Source of the DNA: Amphiscolops sp. MND2022
Taxonomy: Eukaryota
Assembly: GCA_964187785.1 (NCBI GenBank)
Contig: OZ076420.1
Location: 15,934,001 to 15,998,000, forward strand
Direction of reading: 5' to 3'
Length of the DNA stretch: 64,000 nucleotides
Shown here: positions 21,569-34,974 of the stretch, piece after piece
How positions within the stretch are numbered: position 1 is the first letter of the stretch
Layout: each line of letters starts with the position of its first letter
Position numbers and translations under genes: made by a program
Notes under the pieces: model-generated
The model's database searches: none
Told to the model about the DNA's origin: nothing
The model's input: only the letters and a program-made list of their open reading frames with translations

Positions 21569-23869
21569 TCATAAATGAGGAAGCGATGGAAGCGAGTCCA
21601 TTATTGAGGCTCGTTTGGCGGCATCCAGTGGTCGGTAGACATGAATGATCCTAAACATAAAATTGACGTTTTGTTAATATCCGATCGCTATATGCCACTT
21701 AAAATACATTTTTGAAACATTTTGATGCATTTCTGAAAAACTTCAGATTAAATATATACGGGAGCAAAATATTGTTTTTGAAATAAAAAGCGCATTTCGT
21801 TGTAATTTTCGACAGAAAGTTAGACGCGAACGTTACTTACACGCTCCGGACCATGAACCATGCAATGACCATTGCATCCACTGAAAACTTTCGCTCGTTT
21901 TCGATCGCGAAAGCTTGCAAGAATAAGCCTTTCAAAGTGGCTTTTTCAGCATCATCGTTCAAAGTTTGAAGACTGCTGTGACTCTCGCGAAGTTGTTGCA
22001 GCCGCGAAAATCTGGCGAACTGAATTTGGTACACAGGTTTCTTCTTCAGTTGCCGCGATTGTGAACTAAATAGAAAACAGCAAATGATGACCCATAAACT
22101 GCGCTTCATTAATAAAAACACTTTGGAACTGTCAGAATCGGGTAAATTATGTGATTTGTCACTTACATATTGGATCCTTCGATGTGGTCTCCCTCCCCGA
22201 CCAGCTGTAAGAGCTCTGCCAACAAATCCCGTGCAAGGGGTAGTTTGCAAGTCCTCTTGTCCGGACTTTTCTGAAGGATTAGTGCCTTCCACAGATTCAC
22301 CCCCCAAGCAAATTCCTCGTCAGCAACTGATTGCATGGGTGGAAGAACGGGTGCACAGCTGGAAGAACTGGTAGCAGAGGTACTGGTGGCAACCTAAACA
22401 TAAAATATCTATATCAACAAAATTGAAAACACGCAGATTTTCTGTATTCGGTGCAATATATATTCTGTATTCAGATATTCAGATATTCTGCAATATCTGT
22501 ATTCGGTGCAGAGTGGCGGCAGAAATCGGATATCAACAAATTGACAGTTGACCCCATGGATGGCTGGGCAGTGGGCACTTTTACTTACATTTGTGTTGAT
22601 CTCGATACTGCACTGGACTTGTGGACTGGTACTAGTATTAGCAAATTCCTCGTCAGCAACTGATTGCAGAGGTGGAAGAACGGGTTCACATGTCGAAGAA
22701 CTGGTAGAGGTACTGATGTCAACCTAAACATAAAATATCTATAACAAAATTGAAACCACGCAGATTTCCATTTTCTGTATTCGCTGTATTCGGCGAAGAA
22801 GGCTGTTTTTTTAATTTTCAGAAAATGACGGCCAGCTTCTTGTTTTTTGAACGCAGAGTGGCGGTGTAAATCGGATATCAACAAATTATTTTATTGAAAT
22901 TTTACTTCGCTGGCTCTGAAGGCAAGGTGTTTTTCCAAGTCCCTCTGATAATCGTCCGGGGTCAACAATCGGGCCTTGTAGACAATCGTAACACCAGCTT
23001 CTGTCCAAGGTATTAGAACATGGTCGTTTCCACACACGTTGTTAATTTCGCTGAGCCGCCGCATTCCAGTGGTATCGACCATCTCGTGAAGGGCAAACAT
23101 CCCCGGATCGCCCGCACACGTCTCTGACAAATCCTCAGTGTATCTGATGATCAAATTCACAGTCTTTTTCTTGGGGCTCTAAACATATATCATTGATAGT
23201 ATGATATCCAACAAAATTGAACATTAATCACTCAGATTTCCCTTTTCTGTATTCGGCGAAGAAGGCTGTTTTTTAATTTTCAGATGCTGACGCCCAGCTT
23301 CTTGTTTTCGAAAGAAGAGTTGCGGTAGAAATCAACATCAACATTACTTTATTGAAATTTTCGGATACGACAGAGTACCGACAAAAACATACGTGACTTG
23401 GAAAAGGAATGTCAAAGAAAACGTACCTCAAGAAAGAGCACAACGTTCGTGAAAGATGGCATTCCATCAGTCACACTCGTTTCCCTGACGTACAGGGGTC
23501 GTTTTGCTGGATAAGCCGACAACGAGAAAGCACCAGCTGGGACGTCCATTGGAACTGCGACCATTTTGACAAGATGATTCTGAAAAGACGGTGAATATGA
23601 AAATAGGCGAATATGAAAATCGGTGAATATGAATCAGGGACTGGAAATTATTAATTGCACTTATAATTTTCTAAAAAACGAAAAAAAATAATTAATTTTA
23701 ATTGTAAATTCCTTCCAATTAATTGCAACAATTGTAAATTCAGAACAAATCACTCATCATCAATTATGGCATTTGCAGTATCAACTGACCACAATTCAGA
23801 ATTAGCATACAAAAACAATTGCTCTTCAAAATGCAAAGGTGACAAGTTCTCCCGATATTCTGGATCCAT
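21569..23869 (-). CDS. Spliced orphan protein-coding gene, copy 1 (about 360-400 aa, no recognisable family)
   Basis: Exons 23579-23427, 23178-22906, 22723-22589, 22393-22167, 22065-21841, 21650-21569 (TGA); all five introns GT-AG with matching phases (0,0,0,2,2); 1095 nt open. Upstream ATG exon 23869-~23753 (MDPEYRENLS...IIDDE) follows an AAG acceptor, but its donor is unresolved. Confidence 0.8.
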
Positions 23870-24187
23870 CTTTGGAAATTGTAGGATAATTGAGAACGTA
23901 GTCGCATGAAATGTTAAATTATCCAATAAATTGATTTCGAATTTTTCACAATTGAATAATTTATATTGCAAATCGAAAAACATCACAACCTTGCCTTTGT
24001 CGGTCTGCCTTTGTCGGTCTGCCCTAATCGGCCTTTGCGTGGCTGCTCTCAAAGCTTGTTCTTCTGTGATGTCTTGTGATGTCTTGTGATGAGGTCTTGA
24101 TGACAGCGTACACAAAGAACGATCAATTACTTGAACCAGCCATGAAAACTGTCAACCTCCCGTCAGTCACGTCAGATCTCGGAAAAA

Positions 24188-27100
24188 TTGCTCAATGACA
24201 TCCCAGTCTCTAAACACAAGCGCGAAGAGATAGCAAGGCAGAACGATGTAGCAATGCGACTCGCTAGGCAGAAGCAAGAGTTGGAATTTGAATTGCTTCA
24301 CGAAGAAAATCGTAAACAACTAGCAGAAGCACATCTTGTGGAATTGGAACTTACAGAAGATCTCTCAGAAACAAACGCAGACTTTCAGGAATTCTTGTCA
24401 CGCCTAAGCGGAGCGGGTGTAGCTGACGGGACGCGAAGGATTAAGGACTGGGTTGACAGTTCACCAACTGCAATTGATGTTGTCAATCTAACCGATGTAG
24501 TGAACTCTGTCGCCTCCACAACCCCAATAACGACAACTTCGACTGCGGAAGCACTTGTGCCAGAACCAATGCTAAAGCCGGCGCCAGCAATTTCAATTGA
24601 GCCAACAAGTGTACACTCCTTTCCCAACGTCCTTCAGCGAAAAAGTGCAAATGGTGCAACACCAACCCCACCGATGATTGTCGTGCAACAACCACAACCG
24701 ACCATGAAGGTAACACAAGCAAGTACCGTCAACGCACCAGTCATAACACAATCTTTGCCAAAATTTACACGTACGTACGCGATGCCGACTAACCATCCCC
24801 TGCCAAATACGACATCCTGGACCTTTCCCATTGGACCAGTTCAGCCGTTGACCTAAGTACCAACAGTTGTTTTACCCTACCAACGAATTAACTGACACTG
24901 GCAACGAGCAAACCAATTGCTCAGTCCCCGGATTGTACTGTTCCGACCATACCCGTAACGAAGGGAGGCACCGTCTACTGTGTACAACCAACTACTACAT
25001 GTACCTCTGCTATACCGTTTGCAACCACGCCACCTGCAGCATCCCTCCGTCCAACGACAGCTACATTTATACCAACTGCAATGTCCACTTTGCCGCAACC
25101 AAGTACAAACGGCTTCTCCGTACAAGACTTAGCGTCAACCAGGAAGGACCACCTACCCGAATGCCAGTTGCACAGTACAGTGGCTACCCAAAGCAGTGGC
25201 ATGAGTGGTTCGGTTGACCGACGATGTGAAATTGACGTACTTAAAGACTCTTGTGACAGGCAAAACCGAAACCGCTATCGCGGAATTCTCCTACTGCGGT
25301 GCGATGTACAAAGATGCTCTCAAGACCTTGGAACGAAAGTGCGGGCAATCACAGGCTGTTGTATCCGATAAGTGTTCCGGTAACTCAATTACCTTCAAGA
25401 CCTCTGCAGCGCTTCATTGCTTGGCCAGGCACTGCAGACAATTCCACCCAATATGAAAGAGGCATGGTCACTACACACTATGGAGCCAGCATTGGATAGA
25501 CCAACATTGATCGATTTCAACGAATGGCCCTTGGACAAGGCGGAAGCCCACGAGCGTATGAAATCAACGTCTTCTAATGTGAATCCTTAAACTCTAGGCA
25601 ATGTGAACGTTGTCAAAACCAAGACAGCATCAAAACCATTCGCTGTCACAACTTCGTCACATCGACAAACCAGCTTTTCGATAGCAAAACCTAAAATCTA
25701 CTCTCAAAGTGTGCCGCGTGCGCAGAAGATCACCCACTTTGGAAACGCCTGACTTTCGGAAAAAAAGACACCGACAGAGAGAGCAAAACTGGTAACTCAA
25801 ACTAAATTGTACTTTTCAGTTATTAGGCCAGTTCACTCGCTCAGACAGTACCCGCAACCCCGCAAGTGTACTAAAGAAGGATGTGGAAGTACACACAACA
25901 CATTCTTACACGATCGGAAAAAGTCTTCAAGAAGCAATCACAGTCCGGGAACCAAGCAGACACTAAAACATCTGACTGCATTGGGATCACTACTACCTGT
26001 GGACAATCAGTTGAAAGCTCAATTCTACCTTCCGTGACTGACGTCAAAGGCTTGATAGCGGTGACTGAAATTGAACTGCCTTCATCAGATAAGTCTGAGA
26101 AAACGTTTGCACTCTGTGATTCGGCTTCGTAGCCACTCCGGGGTCTCTTTTAAACTAGCAAAAAGATTGAATGTTCACGGCCGACCAACCAAGCTAACGG
26201 TCCACGGTATCACCTCGAACCAACTCATAGAAATGCACATGGTGGAGCTCAAGTTGACACCTGTTCTTTCGGGTGACTCGTGATCGCCGTTCACTGACGA
26301 CTTAATGTCAGGAAAAATCTTAACGAGGGAACCGACGTTATTGATGTCGATTCTTTGAAAACAAAGTACCCTAACCTCGAACCGATCTCTTTGACACAAT
26401 ACAGTCACGCTGACGTGGAAATGATCCTCGGTCAGGATGTGTTCAGCTTAATACGCCCACTGGAGAATCTTGATGCCAACCGTGAGAACACCCCAGTTGC
26501 CGTCGTTTTACCGTTGGGCTGGGTATTGAGTGATCCACGTCCATCGTCCTCAGGTTTCGTTTCTACCTGTCTTAAAACCGTTGCCTGTAACCAAAGTCTC
26601 GACACCGAACTAGTCGACCAAACCTGCAGCTGGTACGATATGGTGTCGTACGGAGGGTATAAACAAAAAGACTCCCTTTCCGCATCCGATGTGAGAGCGA
26701 CCAGGTTACTTGAAGAAACAACCCACCACGATGGTTACCGATACCAAGTGGGAAAACCGATGAAGTAGAGTTGAAATCATTAGAACGGCGTCTCAGTAAA
26801 GAACCCGGACTGAAACAACATTACTACAAAACTATCCAAGACGACTTGGCAAAGGGTTATATTGTTCCAATCGACAAATTTGAATGTTTCAAAGTGGACA
26901 ACAACCACGAGTGGTACTTGCCGCACCACCCTGTAGTTCACCTGCATCAAGCCGCCAAAGTTCGAAGAGTGCTCATTGGAGCTTCAAAGTTCCAAGGTCA
27001 TTCTCTGAATAATGGATTTCTAACCGGTCCCGACTTGTTACAGAGTCTGATCCACATACTTCTTCGGTTTCGCCAGCACAAGTATGCTGTGTCTGCCGAC

Positions 27101-28412
27101 ATCGAAGGACTGTTCCGCCAAATTTGGGTCATTCAAAAAGACCAACTATCACCTCGTTTTCTTTGGCGCGAAGATCCTGCCTCCCAAATTGCTGTGTACC
27201 AGTTTTTTTCGGCATAAAATTGGATCAAAAGACTCTCCCACCTGTGCGAACTATGCACTAAAACGCACTGCGGCAGACAACCAGACCGACTACCCCGGAG
27301 CAGCCGAGAGTGTCCATCGTAACTTCTAAATGGACGACTACCTAGAATCGAGCTCCACGATTGGAGAAGCAGCCAAGAAAGCGAAAGCTTTGGTTAAACT
27401 ACTCGAAAGAGGCAGATCCAGGTTAACAAAGTTCGTATCCAATGTTCCTGAATTCCCTAATGATCTCGAACCTACTTGTAAACCATCGTCGACCGCGGTA
27501 AAGATCATACCGAAGACCGGGGATTCTTCCCATGTTTTGGGAATGAAATGGAACCACTTGTCAGACAGTCTCGTAGTTAGTCGCGGGACAAGTACGGATA
27601 TCAATCGAACTTTAGCACAAAAGATCATCCTAAGCCTTGTGCCCGCTGTGTATGACCCGATAGGCCTCGTCGCACCCTACACAGTGTCGGCACGGATATT
27701 GCTGAAAGATATCCGGCGACTACATGGTCAACAGTGGGGCGACAACCTGCCCGGGGAAACAGTAACCAAGTTTAACGAATGGAGCAAAGATCTAGCGAAA
27801 CTGAGTCAAATCGAAATCCCGCGCAGCTACTTCGAGGGACCATTCACAGCGTTGGAACTGCACATGTTTGGCGACAGTTTGCAAGACATCTTCACCCCAG
27901 TTGCCTTTCTTCAAGCAAAAGTGACAACCCAACATACATGGAACCGAATTAGCCTTCGTCTTCGGAAAAGCCAGAGTGGCTCCAATGAAAGCTGTTACCA
28001 TTCCAAAACTCGAGTTGCAAGCTTCATTACTTGCCTCGCGCCTCCGGAAAGATATCCAAAGCGCACTTACTCTCCGAATCTAAAAAACTTTTATGTAGAC
28101 GGACAGCACAACCGTCCTTCAATGGCTTCATTCAGTCGAAAAACAACCTGTTTTCATTGCCAACAGTGTGGCCGAGATTTTAGATCAGACAACAGTCGAC
28201 GAATGGAATTATGTCCAAACGTGCGACAACCCCGCGGATGCCGGTACAAGTGGACTACCAGCCAGCGCCCTCTGCGACAGCCCCTGAACACCGACTTTCC
28301 ATTCCAGACGTCAAACGAGATCCAGTTAAGACTAAAAGGCAACAAAGCAGATGCTAAAACATCGGATCAAGTAGACATTGAGACAACCGCAATGGCAGCT
28401 GTGACCACGACA
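24188..28412 (+). mobile_element. Degenerate BEL/Pao LTR retrotransposon internal region (gag-PR-RT-RNase H), truncated at the array junction; unit 1
   Basis: Gag KLTYLKTLVTGK; Cys/His knuckle KCTKEGCGSTHNTFLH; protease ALCDSA; RT WYLPHH, TGPDLL, SADIE, GSKDSPTCA, with YMDD mutated to stop-MDD; Pao RNase H YDPIG, ELHMFGDS. Many frameshifts and stops; no LTR recognised. Confidence 0.93.
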
Positions 28413-31400
28413 ATAGTCAATGAAGACAATTTATTCAGTAAGTTCAAAAATTGTACCAACTACTTTAGCCACGTGAGATTGGCAAGTAATTCAAGTCAAG
28501 TAGTCTAGAATTTGATCTTGGGACCAGTTGAGTCAAGCTGACGCAAGACATTATAGGTCCCGATTTGCAGAAAGAATCAGGAACAGCCAAGAACAACCAA
28601 TGAAGATGCATCACAATGGAAGACTGCCCACAATCAGCGGACCAACAATTGCAACTGAATGAACAGAACATACAAACCGAGAGAAAGCTGAAAGTGCATG
28701 TGAGAAAGGAGGTACAGAAACGTTAAACATTTCGACAATGAGAAGACGATCTAAACTGGAAATTGACTAAAAAAACTGTTTTTTTTAGAACCATTCCTTT
28801 ACAACTAAAATCATCGGACCGAAAGTACTTATATGCTTGAAAAGGGTACATATGGCACATCACGAGACTTGTGTGGCCCAGTGAGACTAAATGCACAACA
28901 TTTCGACGATGAGAAGACGATCTAAACTGAAAATTGACTAAAAAAACTGTTTTTTTAGAACCATTCCTTTACAACTAAAATCATCGGACCGAAAGTACTT
29001 ATATGCTTGAAAAGGGTACATATGGCACATCACGAGACTTGTGTGGCCCAGTGAGACTAAATGCACAACATTTCGACGACGAGGAAACGATCAAAACTGA
29101 AATATACCTACAAAACCTGTTTTTTGGGTACCATTTCTGAAATACTGAGATCAACGGACCGAAAGTCTTTATATGGTTGAAAACGGTACATATGGCACAT
29201 CTGTGTACTAAAAGTGCAAATTTGGTAATCCGTCAAACACGAAAATACGTACACATTATCTTAAAAACGTATAGGGCTCAAATTTTTGGCTAAAACGGAG
29301 TATGACTAGACCCAACAGTAACGTTGTAGGCATTTTCAAGCTTTCCGAGTGAAAAACTAACTCAAACATAGCGAGTTTAGGTACTAAAAGTAGTTTTTTT
29401 GGTAATCTGTCAAACTCGACACAGAGGCGAAGCCGTGCTTCGCAAACACTTGCAAAAAAGTTGGGAACGTTTGAAGAAAACCAAATAAGCAATATCATAC
29501 GGAGAACCAAGGGTAAAAGGACATTGTTACAATTTTACAGCGCCAAAAAAAACCACGGGGATACGCATAAATCTCGAAAACCATTCCTCCCCAACTGGAA
29601 ACAGCAAAAAACCCATCACTTTCAACCGAATACCTTTCAAAAATTAGAAAATTGAGGAATTTTTTTTCGAAATTTTTCGAAAAAAATTTTTGGTCTCCGG
29701 TAAGTCGCATAGTGCCGAAAACCTTGAGCAGTCGTTTATGCTCGCAAAACGTTTCGTTTCTAGTAAAAATTGAGGGGGGCTTTGATGGAAACAAATTAGA
29801 CAAAAAGAAAAAACACCGGTCTTTACAAAAAACAAAAATCGGATATAGAGTGTTGGGCCTGAGAAAACCTACATTTAAGACAAAAGTTATTCATTTTCAA
29901 AAATCTCACAATGCCGAAAACTGTAAAAGGGGGCTCTTTGAGATTTTTAAACATCCATTCTTTTGCGAAATTTGAAAAAAAAATTGAAGAGGGACCCTTT
30001 GGAGACTTTGAAAAATTTTCAAAAAAAAACAAAAAAATGAAAATTTTTAACATCATCGTTCTGTTGCACATAAACAAAAAAATTGAAGGGAGGAACCTCT
30101 GGGGACATTTAAAAATTTTCGAAAATAAGTCTCAAAAAGCCGAAAAGGGGGGGAGACTCCCCAGTCTTATTGTCGAAAAAAGTGAGAATCTTCTGCTTAA
30201 AAAAATGTTAAAAAATTAGCGCATAGGCACGGGTTCGAACCCGGACCCTCTGGGTTGAAAAGCAAGCATCTTACCGCTAGACCAAAAAAGTCTGAATTAT
30301 GCGACTTGCGGTCTGAAATGAGAGAGTTGTCGCGCGGAAAAAAACTTGCACTTTCCCATAACACTTGCTTATCGCAAGTGTAAAAAGACGTACACATCAC
30401 ATTTAAAACGTATAGGGATCAAATTTTTGGCTATAGCCGTGTATAAATAGGCCCAACAGTAGGAAGGCAATTTCAAGCTTCCCGAGTGAAAAACTTACTC
30501 AAACATAGCGAATTTTGGTACTAAAAGTGTAGTTTTTTTTGGTGACCTGTCAAACTCTAAAAGACATACACATCAACTGAAAGTCTGGCTGATGCACTCA
30601 CAACAGCCGTCAACGTTTTTACTTTCAAAGAAAAAATAAAACTTACAAAATCAAATAAACCTTGGTTTGACAAAGATCTAAAGAAAAGCATAATCCGACG
30701 AAATTTCGCGTTTAACAGATACAAGCGATATCGCACTCCGTCTAACAAAACTAAATACACAACATCGATTCAAACCACACATACACCTTACGCACACAAC
30801 TTCACAACTGAGTTGAATCAGTGTTAGTTGGTTCGAACTAGGGCAATGGGGTGGTGAGCTGATGTTCACATACATATCACAACACAACACGCCACAACAC
30901 AGTTCTGATCATCAACTCAAGAGATAGAGTTAATAGAGTAGTAGCAGTATGAGTTAGGTTAGTCACTACCACATTTCAGCTCAGCTGAGCATTCTCGTTC
31001 GTTTTTCATTTGTCGACACTTTTCGCGGAATATGCATGTGCAAAATTAAACTCGGATGGATTTTCAGTAGTTTATTTTGAAATAGATATCTAAACTCTTG
31101 CTAAAGTGGGAATATCTTTTAGATAACTTGATGTTCCTCAATCTTGTGAAGCCACAAGGAAGTTTAGTGACTGTTAACTGGGATGGCCAATTTGTTTCCG
31201 AAGACAATTATATTACTAACTATTGCTTTTCTGCAATTTTTAAAAAGGTTTGAATCTAAGCAGTTCTTCTACAGCGGTCAATACCTCACCGTTTGACAAC
31301 TAAGCTTTCAAACTAAGCAGTTCTTCTACAGCGGTCAATACTTCTTCTTCTTCTTATGGTAGTCAACCCGACGGGGTTCCCATCTGTTGTCCACAGCTCC

Positions 31401-31639
31401 TGAGATGTCTTCGGAGGTTTGTTGCAGCCTGCGGTACTTTACAAGAAGGGCATCGGTCAATACCTCACAGGAAAACAAAACTTCGTCATGTGCAATACTA
31501 TTATTACACGTATTACACTACGACTGTCATACTACGACAAAATACTATATACAATAGTACCAAAATATTCATAATTGATTCATGAAAAAAATATTCATAA
31601 TATTCATAAAATGAAAAACAGGGAATACAATCAATGTTT

Positions 31640-31680
31640 ATTCTGAGCGCTTTCGCACAATATGTGCATCATCAGAGAAT
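31640..31680 (-). ncRNA. Minimal hammerhead motif (unit 2, minus)
   Basis: Identical to unit 1. Confidence 0.75.
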
Positions 31681-32202
31681 CATATAACCTGAAATGGTCG
31701 TCATCATTGCAAACCAGTTAAAAACATAAATAAACAAACAACATAAAAAAGCAACAGAAATAGAACAAGGCTATGTACTAATCTCGCCGATTTAAACCGG
31801 AACAGAGAAAAGTGTCGATCACAACTTCAGGGTGAGCTGCCGCTGCCTGTATTCTTCGCGTTGGTTCAACTTCGGTTGTCTTCTTGCGATATACAGGGTG
31901 TTGCGTAACAAATAAAATCTGAATGAAAAGCATGAGTCAGTTTTTTGATGTAGTAAAACAAACAAAGGTTGCTTTTTAAAATTGTTCCCGCAAACTGAGA
32001 ATTGGTGAATGTATTTTTCGGCCAAACAATACAAAAAAGGGTTTGCTATCTTGAAACCTGATATATACATTGTTGATTGTATTATTGACTACTCCCTTTC
32101 TTCTTGTTACGAACTGTATTAACCAATCGAATTTACAGTTTCTTTACAGGGCCTCAAGGGTTAGTAATCATTTCAATGATGACGACCATTTCAGGTTATA
32201 TG

Positions 32203-32243
32203 ATTCTCTGATGATGCACACATTGTGCGAAAGCGCTCAGAAT
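32203..32243 (+). ncRNA. Minimal hammerhead motif (unit 2, plus)
   Basis: Core intact; stem II loop UAU changed to CAU. Confidence 0.75.
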
Positions 32244-32355
32244 AAACATTGATTGTATTCCCTGTTTTTCATTCTGCGGGTATCAATGTTACTACCAACA
32301 TCACTTTGGAGGAAGATATTACTGCAAAGAGACATTTGGAATATTCATAAAAGAT

Positions 32356-34656
32356 TCATAAATGAGGAAGCGATGGAAGCGAGTCCATTATTGAGGCTCG
32401 TTTGGCGGCATCCAGTGGTCGGTAGACATGAATGATCCTAAACATAAAATTGACGTTTTGTTAATATCCGATCGCTATATGCCACTTGAAATACATTTTT
32501 GAAACATTTTGATGCATTTCTGAAAAACTTCAGATTAAATATATACGGGAGCAAAATATTGTTTTTGAAATAAAAAGCGCATTTCGTTGTAATTTTCGAC
32601 AGAAAGTTAGACGCGAACGTTACTTACACGCTCCGGACCATGAACCATGCAATGACCATTGCATCCACTGAAAACTTTCGTTCGTTTTCGATCGCGAAAG
32701 CTTGCAAGAATAAGCCTTTCAAATTGGCTTTTTCAGCATCATCGTTCAAAGTTTGAAGACTGCTGTGACTCTCGCGAAGTTGTTGCAGCCGCGAAAATCT
32801 GGCGAACTGAATTTGGTACACAGGTTTCTTCTTCAGTTGCCGCGATTGTGAACTAAATAGAAAACAGCAAATGATGACCCATAAACTGCGCTTCATTAAT
32901 AAAAACACTTTGGAACTGTCAGAATCGGGTAAATTATGTGATTTGTCACTTACATATTGAATCCTTCGATGTGGTCTCCCTCCCCGACCAGCTGTAAGAG
33001 CTCTGCCAACAAATCCCGTGCAAGGGGTAGTTTGCAAGTCCTCTTGTCCGGACTTTTCTGAAGGATTAGTGCCTTCCACAGATTCACCCCCCAAGCAAAT
33101 TCCTCGTCAGCAACTGATTGCATGGGTGGAAGAACGGGTGCACAGCTGGAAGAACTGGTAGCAGAGGTACTGGTGGCAACCTAAACATAAAATATCTATA
33201 TCAACAAAATTGAAAACATGCAGATTTTCTGTATTCGGTGCAATATATATTCTATATTCAGATATTCAGATATTCTGCAATATCTGTATTCGGTGCAGAG
33301 TGGCGGCAGAAATCGGATATCAACAAATTGACAGTTGACCCCATGGATGGCTGGGCAGTGGGCACTTTTACTTACATTTGTGTTGATCTCGATACTGCAC
33401 TGGACTTGTGGACTGGTACTAGTATTAGCAAATTCCTCGTCAGCAACTGATTGCAGGGGTGGAAGAACGGGTTCACATGTCGAAGAACTGGTAGAGGTAC
33501 TGATGTCAACCTAAACATAAAATATCTATAACAAAATTGAAACCACGCAGATTTCCATTTTCTGTATTCGCTGTATTCGGCGAAGAAGGCTGTTTTTTTA
33601 ATTTTCAGAAAATGACGGCCAGCTTCTTGTTTTTTGAACGCAGAGTGGCGGTGTAAATCGGATATCAACAAATTATTTTATTGAAATTTTACTTCGCTGG
33701 CTCTGAAGGCAAGGTGTTTTTCCAAGTCCCTCTGATAATCGTCCGGGGTCAACAATCGGGCCTTGTAGACAATCGTAACACCAGCTTCTGTCCAAGGTAT
33801 TAGAACATGGTCGTTTCCACACACGTTGTTAATTTCGCTGAGCCGCCGCATTCCAGTGGTATCGACCATCTCGTGAAGGGCAAACATCCCCGGATCGCCC
33901 GCACACAACTCTGACAAATCCTCAGTGTATCTGATGATCAAATTCACAGTCTTTTTCTTGGGGCTCTAAACATATATCATTGATAGTATGATATCCAACA
34001 AAATTGAACATTAATCACTCAGATTTCCCTTTTCTGTATTCGGCGAAGAAGGCTGTTTTTTAATTTTCAGATGCTGACGCCCAGCTTCTTGTTTTCGAAA
34101 GAAGAGTTGCGGTAGAAATCAACATCAACATTACTTTATTGAAATTTTCGGATACGACAGAGTACCGACAAAAACATACGTGACTTGGAAAAGGAATGTC
34201 AAAGAAAACGTACCTCAAGAAAGAGCACAACGTTCGTGAAAGATGGCATTCCATCAGTCACACTCGTTTCCCTGACGTACAGGGGTCGTTTTGCTGGATA
34301 AGCCGACAACGAGAAAGCACCAGCTGGGACGTCCATTGGAACTGCGACCATTTTGACAAAATGATTCTGAAAAGACGGTGAATATGAAAATAGGCGAATA
34401 TGAAAATCGGTGAATATGAATCAGGGACTGGAAATTATTAATTGCACTTATAATTTTCTAAAAAACGAAAAAAAATAATTAATTTTAATTGTAAATTCCT
34501 TCCAATTAATTGCAACAATTGTAAATTCAGAACAAATCACTCATCATCAATTATGGCATTTGCAGTATCAACTGACCACAATTCAGAATTAGCATACAAA
34601 AACAATTGCTCTTCAAAATGCAAAGGTGACAAGTTCTCCCGATATTCTGGATCCAT
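32356..34656 (-). CDS. Orphan gene, copy 2
   Basis: Same exon structure at +10787; only missense or silent changes seen in the six downstream exons. Confidence 0.78.
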
Positions 34657-34974
34657 CTTTGGAAATTGTAGGATAATTGAGAACGTAGTCGCATGAAATG
34701 TTAAATTATCCAATAAATTGATTTCGAATTTTTCACAATTGAATAATTTATATTGCAAATCGAAAAACATCACAACCTTGCCTTTGTCGGTCTGCCTTTG
34801 TCGGTCTGCCCTAATCGGCCTTTGCGTGGCTGCTCTCAAAGCTTGTTCTTCTGTGATGTCTTGTGATGTCTTGTGATGAGGCCTTGATGACAGCGTACAC
34901 AAAGAACGATCAATTACTTGAACCAGCCATGAAAACTGTCAACCTCCCGTCAGTCACGTCAGATCTCGGAAAAA

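Noticed and set aside
22300-22670. Additional hammerheads from CTGACGA on the minus strand
   Set aside because: No stem II or GAAA follows; the motif is coding sequence (VADEE).
23393-23579. Alternative reading of the orphan exon with an in-frame TGA (selenocysteine or readthrough)
   Set aside because: It is phase-compatible with canonical donors, but the other frame is fully open with a much more coding-like purine-first codon pattern; no SECIS was recognised.
24385-28345. Short antisense and alternate-frame ORFs over the BEL region
   Set aside because: Shadows of the degenerate gag-pol frame.
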